DNA of 64,000 bases from Candidatus Aenigmatarchaeota archaeon (GTDB lineage Archaea; Aenigmatarchaeota; Aenigmatarchaeia; CG10238-14; SpSt-28): assembly GCA_038997165.1 (NCBI GenBank), contig JAWBAK010000002.1, forward strand, positions 21,542 through 85,541, given 5' to 3'. Of the stretch, positions 47,800-57,328 are shown one piece after another; position 1 is the first letter of the stretch, and each line of letters begins with the position of its first letter. The translations under genes and the position numbers were made by a program. The notes below the pieces were generated by a model. It made no database searches. It saw only the letters and a program-made list of their open reading frames with translations, and was not told the DNA's origin.

Positions 47800-49164
47800 C
47801 TATTTTAAAGAAAGTAGAAATTCTGTTAATAATCTTACTCCAAAACCGGTAGCATCTTTATTTATCCAATTTTCTTTTTTTGGAGATATTGCTGGACCAG
47901 CTATATCTAAATGAATCCATTTTTTATCTTTAACAAATTCTTTAATAAATAATGCACCTACAATACTTCCAGCTTCTCTTGATGTTGGAGATTTAATATT
48001 TGCTAAATCTGCTCTTTCACTTTTAATTAATTCCTTATAAAATGATGGTAATGGCATTTTCCAAACATATTCTCTTTTTTTCTTTCCAATTTCAAATAAT
48101 TTTTTAGAAAGTTGATTATCGTTTGAATACATTGCAGCAATTTTATAACCTAGAGCAACTATTTGTGCACCAGTTAATGTTGCAACATCAATTATTAATT
48201 CTGGATCAAATTTTTTAATTCCATATTGAATAGCATCTGCTAAAACAATTCTTCCTTCTGCATCAGTATGCACTATTTCAACATATTTATCTCCAATTTT
48301 TATTATATCGCTTTGTTTTATTGCATTTTCACTAATTATATTTTCTACTAAAGGAATTAAACCAATAACATTTAATGATAAATTTAGCTTAGAAATAGCG
48401 TAGAATATTCCAACTATTGCAGCTGCACCACTTTTATCTGCAAACATTTCATACATATATTCAGCCGGCTTAACATTTATTCCACCAGCATCAAAACACA
48501 AACCTTTACCTACTAACATTATTGGTTTTTTATTTTTATCTTCCGCTTGAAAATATTTTAAAATTAATAATCTTGGTTTATTTTTTGAAGAATTACCAAT
48601 TGCTAGTATTCCTTCTAAATTTTCTCTTTCTAAATCTTTTTCATTTAAAACATCTATATAAACATTTGGAACTTCTTCAAATATTTCATATACTCTTTCT
48701 ACAAATGCTTGTGGATAAAGTTTATTAGGCGGTTCATTACCTAAATCTCTTGCAATATAAACTGCTTGGGAAATTATTTTAGATTTAGCTAAACTCGTTT
48801 TATCTATTCCAAAAATTTTTATATGAATCTTTTTTTCCTTTTTCTTGCTTTTATATTTGTCAAATTCATAGGCACTTAAATATAAACTTTCAATAAAATT
48901 TTCTTTTTTTAAATTTTCATTTAAATTTTCTATATTTATACAAACTTTCTCAAGATTTAAATTATCAATTAATTCATAAATTTTGCTAGCTAATATCATT
49001 TCATTCTTTAAAAAACTAACATATATAATTTGTTTTCCTTTTTCTTCTTCTACAATTTTGAATTTAAATTCCTTTAAAAAATCTTTGCCAAATCTTTCAT
49101 CCTTTATAATTTCAATTAAAGGAAATTCCTTTTCTAATGCAATCTCTATTCTTAAATTAACCAT
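47800..49164 (-). CDS. pepA: Leucyl aminopeptidase (M17)
   Basis: VGKGLCFDAGG, DKSGAA, HTDAEGR, ATLTGA, HLDIAG. Confidence 0.93.
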   Translation of the reverse strand: MVNLRIEIALEKEFPLIEIIKDERFGKDFLKEFKFKIVEEEKGKQIIYVSFLKNEMILASKIYELIDNLNLEKVCINIENLNENLKKENFIESLYLSAYEFDKYKSKKKEKKIHIKIFGIDKTSLAKSKIISQAVYIARDLGNEPPNKLYPQAFVERVYEIFEEVPNVYIDVLNEKDLERENLEGILAIGNSSKNKPRLLILKYFQAEDKNKKPIMLVGKGLCFDAGGINVKPAEYMYEMFADKSGAAAIVGIFYAISKLNLSLNVIGLIPLVENIISENAIKQSDIIKIGDKYVEIVHTDAEGRIVLADAIQYGIKKFDPELIIDVATLTGAQIVALGYKIAAMYSNDNQLSKKLFEIGKKKREYVWKMPLPSFYKELIKSERADLANIKSPTSREAGSIVGALFIKEFVKDKKWIHLDIAGPAISPKKENWINKDATGFGVRLLTEFLLSLK

Positions 49165-49187
49165 AAATAAGTAGTAACAAAAAATAT

Positions 49188-49481
49188 TTATATTTTTTCT
49201 ATTTTTATATCTTTTGCTGTAAGAAGTAAATAATTGTCATCTATTAAAATTAAATTTAATTTATAAAGATTTCCAAATCTTTTAAATTCTTTGATTACAT
49301 TTTGATAATCAGAAATATTTTTTATTCCCTTCAAATTTGCTAGAACAACTTTTCTTTCTAAAACTTTTTTTATCACTCTTTCAACATCTCTTACATCTAT
49401 TATTTTTTCTATTTTTATTTTACTTTCAATTTTTTCTTCCTTTTCTGGAAGTTCAATGACTTCTTCTTTTTTTTCTGACAT
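49188..49481 (-). CDS. Divergent second SepF-like protein
   Basis: Same pattern as 29093-29428 (DV..V...V....VVLANL...YLLLT..DIKIEK). Confidence 0.6.
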   Translation of the reverse strand: MSEKKEEVIELPEKEEKIESKIKIEKIIDVRDVERVIKKVLERKVVLANLKGIKNISDYQNVIKEFKRFGNLYKLNLILIDDNYLLLTAKDIKIEKI

Positions 49482-49483
49482 AA

Positions 49484-50137
49484 TTAAATAGATAGAAATG
49501 TAGATTTAATATTATTTGCATAACCTTCTAGTTTTATTTCATTTTCTTTGAAAACAAAATTTACTTTAATTATCTTATCTAAAATTAAACAATCATTATA
49601 AATTTTTTGTTCAATTTTTTTATTTCCAAAAATGAGAGAAAAAGAAGAGTTTGTAACACAAATATTAATTGAATCAGAAGTTATCAATATATTTAAATTT
49701 TTTAAATTTTCACATTTAATTTTTGTATTCAAATTTTCTTTGCTAGAAAATTTTAAATCGTCTAAATTTAAATAGTTTATTTTAGCAGAAACATAAATAT
49801 CGTTTGAATAATATCTTAGTATACAATTTTCTTCACATTTTAAAAAAATCTCAGAAACATTTTCAGAATTTTTCGAAAGCAAAATTTTATCTATTTCAAT
49901 CTCTCTTAAAATTCCATTAATTTTTAAATCAAATTTTCCATCTTTTATTTCAAATTGCGAATCTTTATTTAATTCTATATTAAAATAAATTATTCTTTCT
50001 TCTTTTTGTTGAAAATATGAAAAAAATCCAGATAACAAATTTTTGGAGTATTGTTGAAGAGGAGTTTTTGTAAATAAAAAATAAAGTAAAAAAGTTATAC
50101 CTAATACTATTAAAAACTCTTTAATCAAACCTTTCAT
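49484..50137 (-). CDS. Membrane-anchored hypothetical protein
   Basis: N-terminal TM helix, beta-rich remainder. Confidence 0.55.
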   Translation of the reverse strand: MKGLIKEFLIVLGITFLLYFLFTKTPLQQYSKNLLSGFFSYFQQKEERIIYFNIELNKDSQFEIKDGKFDLKINGILREIEIDKILLSKNSENVSEIFLKCEENCILRYYSNDIYVSAKINYLNLDDLKFSSKENLNTKIKCENLKNLNILITSDSINICVTNSSFSLIFGNKKIEQKIYNDCLILDKIIKVNFVFKENEIKLEGYANNIKSTFLSI

Positions 50138-50172
50138 AAAGTATTTATAAACTTAAATTTATAAAAATATGT

Positions 50173-51336
50173 ATGATTAGTAACTTTTTCGATATTTACT
50201 GGATTTTTTTTATTATATTCTTTTTTCTTTTTCCAATTATTTATCCTAGAGTTGTTTTAGCACAAGCACTATATTTTATAAATTTGATGATAGAAAAAGT
50301 TTCTGATTCTATAGAAAGATCTAAAAGAAAATTTATTAGAATTATTAATCCAAAAATATCTTCAAATAAAATATTTGAAAAATTAGATTTTATAACTATT
50401 GAACCTACTAGTTTAGATCCATTTGGAATAGTAAATAAATTAGAATTTATTGTAAATCAAAGCGATGAAAAAATAGAAAATTATATAAAAAGGTTTTCAA
50501 ACGAAAAAGATGAGGAAAAATTAAAAAATTATAAATTACTTTTCGAAATATTAATAGTAAAGAATTTTATTAAGAAAGTTTTAGAACATTATAGAGAAAT
50601 TATAAAAAAATATAAAAACTTACAGATTGCTCTTCTTGTTCAATTTCAATTGCCAGTTATTGATAGAATTTTTAAATCATATGAAAAGGGATTTGAAACT
50701 GTTTTAAACAATTTACCAATAGGAGATGGAATAGGTCCTTTGATTATTGCTCATTTAATAAATAAAGAAGATAAAATTAAAGAAATTGAGGAATGTATAA
50801 TTGTAAAGAAAAAATTATTTGGAAAAGATGTTATTTTAATAAGAGCTAAAGGTCCGGGCGCTAGATTAGGAAAGCTTCATAAAGCTTTAGAAAATGTTTT
50901 AAAAAAAGAAAAAGATATTGATAAAATAATAACTATTGATGCAGCTTCAAAATTGGAAGGGGAAGAAACTGGAAGCATTGCTGAAGGTATTGGAGTAGCA
51001 ATAGGTGGAGTTGGAGTAGAAAAGTTTAATATTGAAAGTATAGCGACTAAGAAAAAAATTAGAATGGAAACAATTACAATAAAAATGAGTTCTGAAGAAG
51101 CAATAAAAATTATGAATCCAAAAATATATGAAAGTGTAGATAAAGTAATTGAAAGATTAAAAGAATTGCTAGAAGATTCAACAAAAGCAGTAATTATAGG
51201 TGTTGGAAATTCTGTTGGAGTTCCTAACACAAAAGAAGAATTAGAGAATTTGAAAGAAAAAATTAAAGATTTTTGGGAAAAATATGGAAAAGAAATAGAA
51301 AAGAGGAGTTGGTTAGATAAATTGTTTGGAATTTAA
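50173..51336 (+). CDS. DUF1512 family protein
   Basis: P.SLDP.GIV, PIGDGIGPL, KGPG, IDAA.KLEGE.TG.IAEG.GVAIGG.G.EK, GVGN..GV. Confidence 0.85.
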   Translation: MISNFFDIYWIFFIIFFFLFPIIYPRVVLAQALYFINLMIEKVSDSIERSKRKFIRIINPKISSNKIFEKLDFITIEPTSLDPFGIVNKLEFIVNQSDEKIENYIKRFSNEKDEEKLKNYKLLFEILIVKNFIKKVLEHYREIIKKYKNLQIALLVQFQLPVIDRIFKSYEKGFETVLNNLPIGDGIGPLIIAHLINKEDKIKEIEECIIVKKKLFGKDVILIRAKGPGARLGKLHKALENVLKKEKDIDKIITIDAASKLEGEETGSIAEGIGVAIGGVGVEKFNIESIATKKKIRMETITIKMSSEEAIKIMNPKIYESVDKVIERLKELLEDSTKAVIIGVGNSVGVPNTKEELENLKEKIKDFWEKYGKEIEKRSWLDKLFGI

Positions 51337-51509
51337 ACATCGCTAGCTCTTAAAGTTGCTCTTCCATTTGCTTTTGCTCTTTCAACAGCTCTTTTTATTA
51401 GAGCTTCAACTTCTTTATCTAAAGCTTCAAAAAACTCATCACTTATTCTCATATCTTTTGCAACTTCTCTTACTGCACTTCTTACAACAAGAGCTCTTTT
51501 TTCTGCCAT
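51333..51509 (-). CDS. Short histone-fold protein, face-to-face (FtF) type (58 aa, not in ORF track)
   Basis: MAEKRALVVRSAVREVAKDMRISDEFFEALDKEVEALIKRAVERAKANGRATLRASDV: RA..NGR.T....D clamp, truncated alpha3. Confidence 0.9.
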   Translation of the reverse strand: MAEKRALVVRSAVREVAKDMRISDEFFEALDKEVEALIKRAVERAKANGRATLRASDV

Positions 51510-51615
51510 GAAAAAATTATAAAGCTAAAAAATATATATTACAATTAAACTAAATTATTTAGGAAAACGTAAAGTAAAATAAAGTAAAATTATAAATATT
51601 TTTGAAGTTATATTT

Positions 51616-52131
51616 ATGGCATTAAGACCCGGAAGATGTTTTAGAAAAATAGAAAGACCATATACTAGAATTTCCTATAAAGTTAAAAGTAAAAATTATA
51701 TTGCCGGAGCACCTCCAGCAAAAATTAGGCAATATGAAATGGGAAATAAAGAGCTAAATGACTTTATAGAATTAAAATTGATCGCTAAAGAGGATGTTCA
51801 AGTTAGAGATAATGCCTTAGAAGCAGCTAGAGTTATGTGTAACAAGTTTTTAGAAAGAAAAGTAGGAAGCATGAATTATTTTTTAAAAATTATAAAATAT
51901 CCTCATCATGTATTAAGAGAACATCCAATAGCCATGGGCGCAGGTGCTGATAGATATAGTCAAGGAATGAGATTAGCATTTGGAAGGCCTATAGGTAGAG
52001 CAGTTCAATTGTTTAAAGGAGAGACAATAATTTTATTAAGAATTAAAAAAGAATTTTTAAATTTAGGTAAAGAAGCATTAGAAATTGCTGCATCTAAACT
52101 TCCTAAAAGTTATAGAATAGAAATTTCATGA
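51616..52131 (+). CDS. rpl10e: 50S ribosomal protein L10e (uL16)
   Basis: RPGRCFR, ALEAAR, GAGADR...GMRLAFGRP.G. Confidence 0.97.
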   Translation: MALRPGRCFRKIERPYTRISYKVKSKNYIAGAPPAKIRQYEMGNKELNDFIELKLIAKEDVQVRDNALEAARVMCNKFLERKVGSMNYFLKIIKYPHHVLREHPIAMGAGADRYSQGMRLAFGRPIGRAVQLFKGETIILLRIKKEFLNLGKEALEIAASKLPKSYRIEIS

Positions 52132-52613
52132 AAATCGCAATATTTAGCGATACTCACGACAATACTGAGAATATTTTAAAATTAATTTCAAAATTAAATA
52201 AAATTAAAGTAGATTATGCATTTCATTGTGGAGATATTTGTTCACCTTTTTCAATAAAGTTATTTGAAAAACTTAATGTAAAAGAATTTTTTATTGTATT
52301 TGGAAATAATGATGGTGATAAAATAAATTTGATTAAAAATATGCCAAAAAATACTAAGTTTTTTCAAAATCATGGAGAGATAAATCTTTCTAATAAAAAA
52401 ATTTTATTTACTCATTATGATTTTATTGCAAAAGCCTTTGGATTCTTAAATAAATATGATTATATATTTTTTGGACATACACATAAAAAAGAAATTTTAA
52501 AAATTAAAAAAACTATATTAATCAATCCTGGAGAAATTTTAGGATATTTTTCAAAACCAAGCTTTTGTATATTAGATTTAAAAAACGATAAGTATAAATT
52601 TTACGATCTTTAA
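52128..52613 (+). CDS. YfcE/MJ0936-type metallophosphoesterase
   Basis: SDTHDN, HCGD, GNND, GHTH, INPG. Confidence 0.92.
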   Translation: MKIAIFSDTHDNTENILKLISKLNKIKVDYAFHCGDICSPFSIKLFEKLNVKEFFIVFGNNDGDKINLIKNMPKNTKFFQNHGEINLSNKKILFTHYDFIAKAFGFLNKYDYIFFGHTHKKEILKIKKTILINPGEILGYFSKPSFCILDLKNDKYKFYDL

Positions 52614-53233
52614 ATATTAGATTTAAATTTGAATGTTGTATCGAAATATTTACTTCCGAATTTTTTATCATAAAAATAATTTAAAAGAAAAATACATTGA
52701 GATGTAAAGTATAAAGTTTTTCCAAGGGAAATAATTTCATTAGAAAATTTTTTACAAATTTCTAATTGCTTTTTATCAATTCCAACAAAATCTCCTAAAA
52801 CAAATAAAGAATTTTCATCTATTTCAACATCTTCAATATTTTTACCATCTAAATCTAAAAGAAAAATCTTAAAATTTCTTTTTTTATATTCATCTAAAAT
52901 TTCCTCTAATCCTTTTCTTTCAACATAAACACCTTTTAAAGCTTCTATAGATTTCTCTTTTTTCTTATAAAATTTCCAAAGTGAAATTTTAATTAAACTA
53001 CCTATATCTTTTTTGCTCCAAGGTGTTTTTAAATCAGAAACAATTTTTATTCTTATTGGCGGTTTTGGTGGACCTAATAGGAGAAGATTGAATTCTACAT
53101 CACTTCTTAATCCATTTGATATAAAAAATGCATGAATTATAGAATGAATTGCTATATCTAATCTACCTGCTTTATAAAAGTCTTTTATCTTATATGTAGT
53201 ATAGCCATGTGAAAGTAGTAAGAAAGCTCGCAT
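52610..53233 (-). CDS. trmY: tRNA (pseudouridine54-N1)-methyltransferase
   Basis: AGRLDI...AFFISNGLR.DV...L.GPP.PP; SPOUT FVLGD. Confidence 0.85.
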   Translation of the reverse strand: MRAFLLLSHGYTTYKIKDFYKAGRLDIAIHSIIHAFFISNGLRSDVEFNLLLLGPPKPPIRIKIVSDLKTPWSKKDIGSLIKISLWKFYKKKEKSIEALKGVYVERKGLEEILDEYKKRNFKIFLLDLDGKNIEDVEIDENSLFVLGDFVGIDKKQLEICKKFSNEIISLGKTLYFTSQCIFLLNYFYDKKFGSKYFDTTFKFKSNI

Positions 53234-53281
53234 ATTTTAGTTTTTTATTTAAAAATAAATTTTTTAAATTCTTAACATTAT

Positions 53282-53440
53282 ATGGCATTACTTAGGGAAA
53301 TTCCAACTTTTGACAAATGTCCAAAATGTGGAAAAAATGCAAAAATAAAGTATGAACTTATATCTCAAAATGAAAAAACAAGTGTAGTAGTTAAGATTTA
53401 TGAATGTTCTTTTTGTGGTTATAAAGGTCCAAGGATTTAA
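53282..53440 (+). CDS. Small CPxCG Zn-ribbon protein (52 aa, not in ORF track)
   Basis: MALLREIPTFDKCPKCGKNAKIKYELISQNEKTSVVVKIYECSFCGYKGPRI; overlaps the MFS 3' end by 50 nt. Confidence 0.75.
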   Translation: MALLREIPTFDKCPKCGKNAKIKYELISQNEKTSVVVKIYECSFCGYKGPRI

Positions 53441-54659
53441 ATTGAATAACAAATTCTTTAAAAAGGGTTGAGAAAAAATCTAAAGAAAGAAAAACTGTTT
53501 TATATATACTATCTATAGAAATTTGCTTACCTTCAAGAAGTTTAGAAAAAATAAAAGATGAAAAAAATCTAAACACAAAAGAAATATAAAAAACATATTC
53601 TAATTTTATTTGTGCAACAGTACCACCAAAAATATTACCTAATAATAAACCCAAACCAATAAAAATGTTTAAAAAACTTATTTTGTTAGCAACATTAAAA
53701 TTTCTTGAAATATAAGTTAAATGTAATATAGAAAAGAGTTGCCACGAAATTCCTGCAATAAAGCTATATAAAATTATTATCAAAAAGTTTTTAGTAACGA
53801 CCCAAATAAAAGGAATTAAAGAAATTAGAAATGTAGAAATTTGAAATAAAGTAGTTATATTAAAATGTTTTTTTAATTTTTTAATAGAATTTGAAAAAAT
53901 TAGGAATGAAATCATTTCAATACATATAATAATAGCCCATTCTACTTCAGAAAGTCCTAGAATATTTTTTAAAAAGACTGAAAAAAACGGACCTGCTATA
54001 CCTATAGAAAAATAAAATAAAAGTAATGATAAAGAGTAATTTCTCAATTTTTCATTTTTTATATTTGATTTTATTTTATTTTTAATAAAGTTAAAATAAT
54101 TTTTTGGAAATTTTACTTCATCTTTTTCTTTAATTTCTATTTTTTGAAGTATATAAACTGAAAAAATAGAAAATACGAGAGGAATATAAAAAATAAAAGA
54201 TGGATAATTTAATTCTCTTATTAATAAGCTAGATGTTATTGTTGCGATTAGAGTTATAAAAGTATAAATTATAGCTAGATTTGAAACTTTTTCAAAAGTT
54301 TTTTTCTTAAAAATGTTAGATATTAGCCATGTATAACATACAGATATCATTGAGCTAGAAATAGCTCTTAATAAAATCGAAATAAGAAAAAGAAATTCTG
54401 TCTTTGAATAATAAATAAAAACAAATGATAAACCCCAAATTAATAAAGAAATAGAAAAGACATTTTTTATTATTTTTGGACTTATTAATAATAAAGAAAT
54501 AAAAAAAGCTAAAATATAAGAAAAATTTAAAATTGCATTAAAAGATCCGATAAAAAAATAAGAAAATCCTAAATTTAATGCATACAAAGTTATGAATGGT
54601 ACAATAAATTGAGATGCTATATCTAATAGCGCTTCTAATAAATAAATTCTTTTTTCCAT
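53391..54659 (-). CDS. MFS transporter
   Basis: About 12 hydrophobic helices; GIAGPFFSVFL in the second half. Confidence 0.85.
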   Translation of the reverse strand: MEKRIYLLEALLDIASQFIVPFITLYALNLGFSYFFIGSFNAILNFSYILAFFISLLLISPKIIKNVFSISLLIWGLSFVFIYYSKTEFLFLISILLRAISSSMISVCYTWLISNIFKKKTFEKVSNLAIIYTFITLIATITSSLLIRELNYPSFIFYIPLVFSIFSVYILQKIEIKEKDEVKFPKNYFNFIKNKIKSNIKNEKLRNYSLSLLLFYFSIGIAGPFFSVFLKNILGLSEVEWAIIICIEMISFLIFSNSIKKLKKHFNITTLFQISTFLISLIPFIWVVTKNFLIIILYSFIAGISWQLFSILHLTYISRNFNVANKISFLNIFIGLGLLLGNIFGGTVAQIKLEYVFYISFVFRFFSSFIFSKLLEGKQISIDSIYKTVFLSLDFFSTLFKEFVIQFKSLDLYNHKKNIHKS

Positions 54660-54678
54660 ATTAACATATTCTATTTTT

Positions 54679-56034
54679 ATGGATTATAATAAAGTTTTTA
54701 GAGCATATGATATAAGGGGAATTTATCCAAATGAAATTAATGAGAATTTTGCTTATGAATTAGGAAAAGCATTAGCAACATTTTTCTTTGGAAAAAAAAG
54801 AAGAGTTGTTATTGGTAATGATGTAAGATTAAGTAGTGAAAGTTTAAAAAATTCTCTTATAAACGGATTGATAGAAAATGGATATGAAATATTTGATTTA
54901 GGAATAGTCCCAACTCCAATAGTTGCATTTGCTACTAAATTATTAAAAGCAAAATTTGGAGTAACGGTTTCTGCATCTCACAACCCAAAGGAATGGAATG
55001 GTTTTATTATTAATGATTCGAATTGTCTAACTGTAGGTTTAAATTTTGGATTAGAAAAAATTAAAGAAATAATGCAAAATAAAAATTTTATAAATTCAAA
55101 AAGAAAAGGAAAAGTAGAAAAATTTAATATAGAAGAAGAGTATATAAACTTTTTAAAAAATAAATTCAATTTTGAAAGTAATTTAAAGATAATAATAGAT
55201 GCTGGTAATGGATCAGTTAGCGAATTATTACCAAAAATATTAAAAATTTATAATAAGGGAAATAACACTGAATTGTTTTGTAGATTTGATGGAAACTTTC
55301 CCAATAGAGATCCTGAACCAAAAAAAGAAAATTTATCAAAATTAATAGAAAAAGTTTTAATTGAGAAAGCTGATGTTGGATTTGCTTATGATGGCGATGC
55401 TGATAGAGTTGTTATAATAGATGATAAAGGAAATATTTTGTTATCTCATCAAATTCTTTCTTTGTTATTACAATCGTATAGAAATAAAATTAAAAATAAA
55501 AAGGTTGTTATAGATGTTTTAAGTTCTATAGCTGCTATAGAAGAAATAAAAAAATATAGAGCAAAACCTTTAGTTACAAAAGTTGGTAGAAGTTATATTC
55601 AAAACGAAATGTTTAAAAATAAGGCTTTTTTGGGTGCGGAAATTTCTTATCATTTTTACTTTAAAGAAGTTTTTTATTTAGATGATAGTATTTTTTTAAC
55701 TTTAAAAATAATAGAATTTTTATCGAAAACTAATAAGAAAATTTCAGAGCTAATAAAAGATATTCCAACTTATTTCTACGAATCTAAAAGAGTTGAAATT
55801 AAAGAGGAAATGAAATTTAAGTTTATCGAAATGTTAAAAGAAGAATTTAAAGAATATAGTATTGAAGAAATAGATGGAATAAAAGTTTGGTTAGATAACG
55901 AAAGTTGGATAGCAATTAGAGCATCAAATACAGAACCAAAAATTTCTATTGCTTTTGAATCAAAAAAAGAAAAAAGATTTGAAGAATTAAAACAAATATC
56001 AGAAAAAATAATAGAAAAAATTAAAAAATTATGA
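54679..56034 (+). CDS. Phosphomannomutase/phosphoglucomutase
   Basis: FRAYDIRG, SASHNP, DGDADR, RASNTEP. Confidence 0.95.
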   Translation: MDYNKVFRAYDIRGIYPNEINENFAYELGKALATFFFGKKRRVVIGNDVRLSSESLKNSLINGLIENGYEIFDLGIVPTPIVAFATKLLKAKFGVTVSASHNPKEWNGFIINDSNCLTVGLNFGLEKIKEIMQNKNFINSKRKGKVEKFNIEEEYINFLKNKFNFESNLKIIIDAGNGSVSELLPKILKIYNKGNNTELFCRFDGNFPNRDPEPKKENLSKLIEKVLIEKADVGFAYDGDADRVVIIDDKGNILLSHQILSLLLQSYRNKIKNKKVVIDVLSSIAAIEEIKKYRAKPLVTKVGRSYIQNEMFKNKAFLGAEISYHFYFKEVFYLDDSIFLTLKIIEFLSKTNKKISELIKDIPTYFYESKRVEIKEEMKFKFIEMLKEEFKEYSIEEIDGIKVWLDNESWIAIRASNTEPKISIAFESKKEKRFEELKQISEKIIEKIKKL

Positions 56035-56261
56035 TAAATTTAGTAATTCATAGCACTTTTTTAAATATTTTTGTATTTTAGAAACTCTAGTATTACTCAT
56101 ACTAAAATTAAATAAAAAGAAGATTTTATTATCAATTAAATTAGAAATTATCACATTTATGTTTGCAATAATCCTTCTATAGTTTTTTATTAAAATAAGT
56201 GAAATATATTCAGATTTAAGATTCTTTATTTTGAAATAAGAATTTTCTTTGATTATATAAC

Positions 56262-56335
56262 TGGGCGGGGGGAGATTTGAACTCCCGACCTCCCGGTTAT
56301 CAGCCGGGCGCTCCACCAGGCTAAGCTACCCGCCC
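56262..56335 (-). tRNA. tRNA-Ile(GAT)
   Basis: GGGCGGGTAGCTTAGCC...CCCGG-CTGATAA-CCGGG...GTTCAAATC. Confidence 0.96.
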
Positions 56336-56348
56336 ATATATAAATAAT

Positions 56349-56843
56349 TTAAATATTCTCTATAATTTTTAAAATTTTTTGAAATGTTTCATTCCATTTC
56401 TCCTTTTCTAACCAATAAACTATGCCAAACCTAGAGAATTCATTTATATATGCTCTATGCAAGGTCGCTATTATATTTATTTCTATTTCCATAATTTTTT
56501 CAATAAATTTCTTAAATTTTTCACTAAACATTTCCATTTTTCCTATTTCATCGATTAAAATTAATTTTGAATTTAAATTAACAGAATCTATAATTTTGTT
56601 TAAATTTTCTAAAAATAAATAATAACCAGCATATTCTAAATTACTTTTTATTTCTTTTGAAGCAAAAATAAATTTTTGATTTAAATCTATCGAATAAATT
56701 TCAAATCCAATTCTTTTATTATTTTTTAAAATTTCTTCTGTATAAAATCCACTAATAGATATTTTATTTTTGTATAATTCATAAATTTTTTTAATTAAAG
56801 TAGTTTTTCCACTTCTTGGCAAACCACTAATAAAAATTTTCAT
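56349..56843 (-). CDS. NTPase_1 (THEP1-like) nucleoside triphosphatase
   Basis: GLPRSGKTT, GFYTEE, IDEIGKME. Confidence 0.92.
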   Translation of the reverse strand: MKIFISGLPRSGKTTLIKKIYELYKNKISISGFYTEEILKNNKRIGFEIYSIDLNQKFIFASKEIKSNLEYAGYYLFLENLNKIIDSVNLNSKLILIDEIGKMEMFSEKFKKFIEKIMEIEINIIATLHRAYINEFSRFGIVYWLEKEKWNETFQKILKIIENI

Positions 56844-57304
56844 TATATCATTCTTTTAAGTAAATTATTGATTTCCTTTCCTATATATCCTAAAATTCCT
56901 TCTGGATATTCTAATTTTTTACTTTTCTTAAAACCTCCTTTTGGAGGATGTAATCTAAAAACTCTTTTGAAATTTGAAAAATCCTTTAGCTTCTTCTTAC
57001 CTTCATATAATAAATCAGCTAATTCCTCAAATGAACTAATTCCATATTTTTTTAAATCTTCTACTTCAACTTTTTTATCTCCAATTTTTCTTAATCTCTT
57101 TTTTAATAATAATACTAACACATCTTTATCAATCTCTCCATAGCAAATATAATTTTTTACCTTTTTTAACATTCCTAAAGTTGATTTGTTAGATTCTAAT
57201 AAAACGCAATTGTAAATATATCTTAAATTAAGAAGCATTAAAGTATCTTTAATTTCTCTAGGTGCTTTAATTCCACTTCTTAATCTTATAGCTGCTATTA
57301 ACAT
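56843..57304 (-). CDS. rpl30: 50S ribosomal protein L30
   Basis: IRLR...TL.LL.L, GML.KV, FRLHPPKGGFK. Confidence 0.96.
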   Translation of the reverse strand: MLIAAIRLRSGIKAPREIKDTLMLLNLRYIYNCVLLESNKSTLGMLKKVKNYICYGEIDKDVLVLLLKKRLRKIGDKKVEVEDLKKYGISSFEELADLLYEGKKKLKDFSNFKRVFRLHPPKGGFKKSKKLEYPEGILGYIGKEINNLLKRMI

Positions 57305-57328
57305 AGTAAATATTTTAATTAATAAAAT

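Noticed and set aside
56029..56316. 95-aa ORF
   Set aside because: It starts inside tRNA-Ile; spurious.
18745..56335. Integrated element at a tRNA, or tRNA introns
   Set aside because: I found no duplicated tRNA 3' ends, integrase or BHB introns for the four tRNAs.
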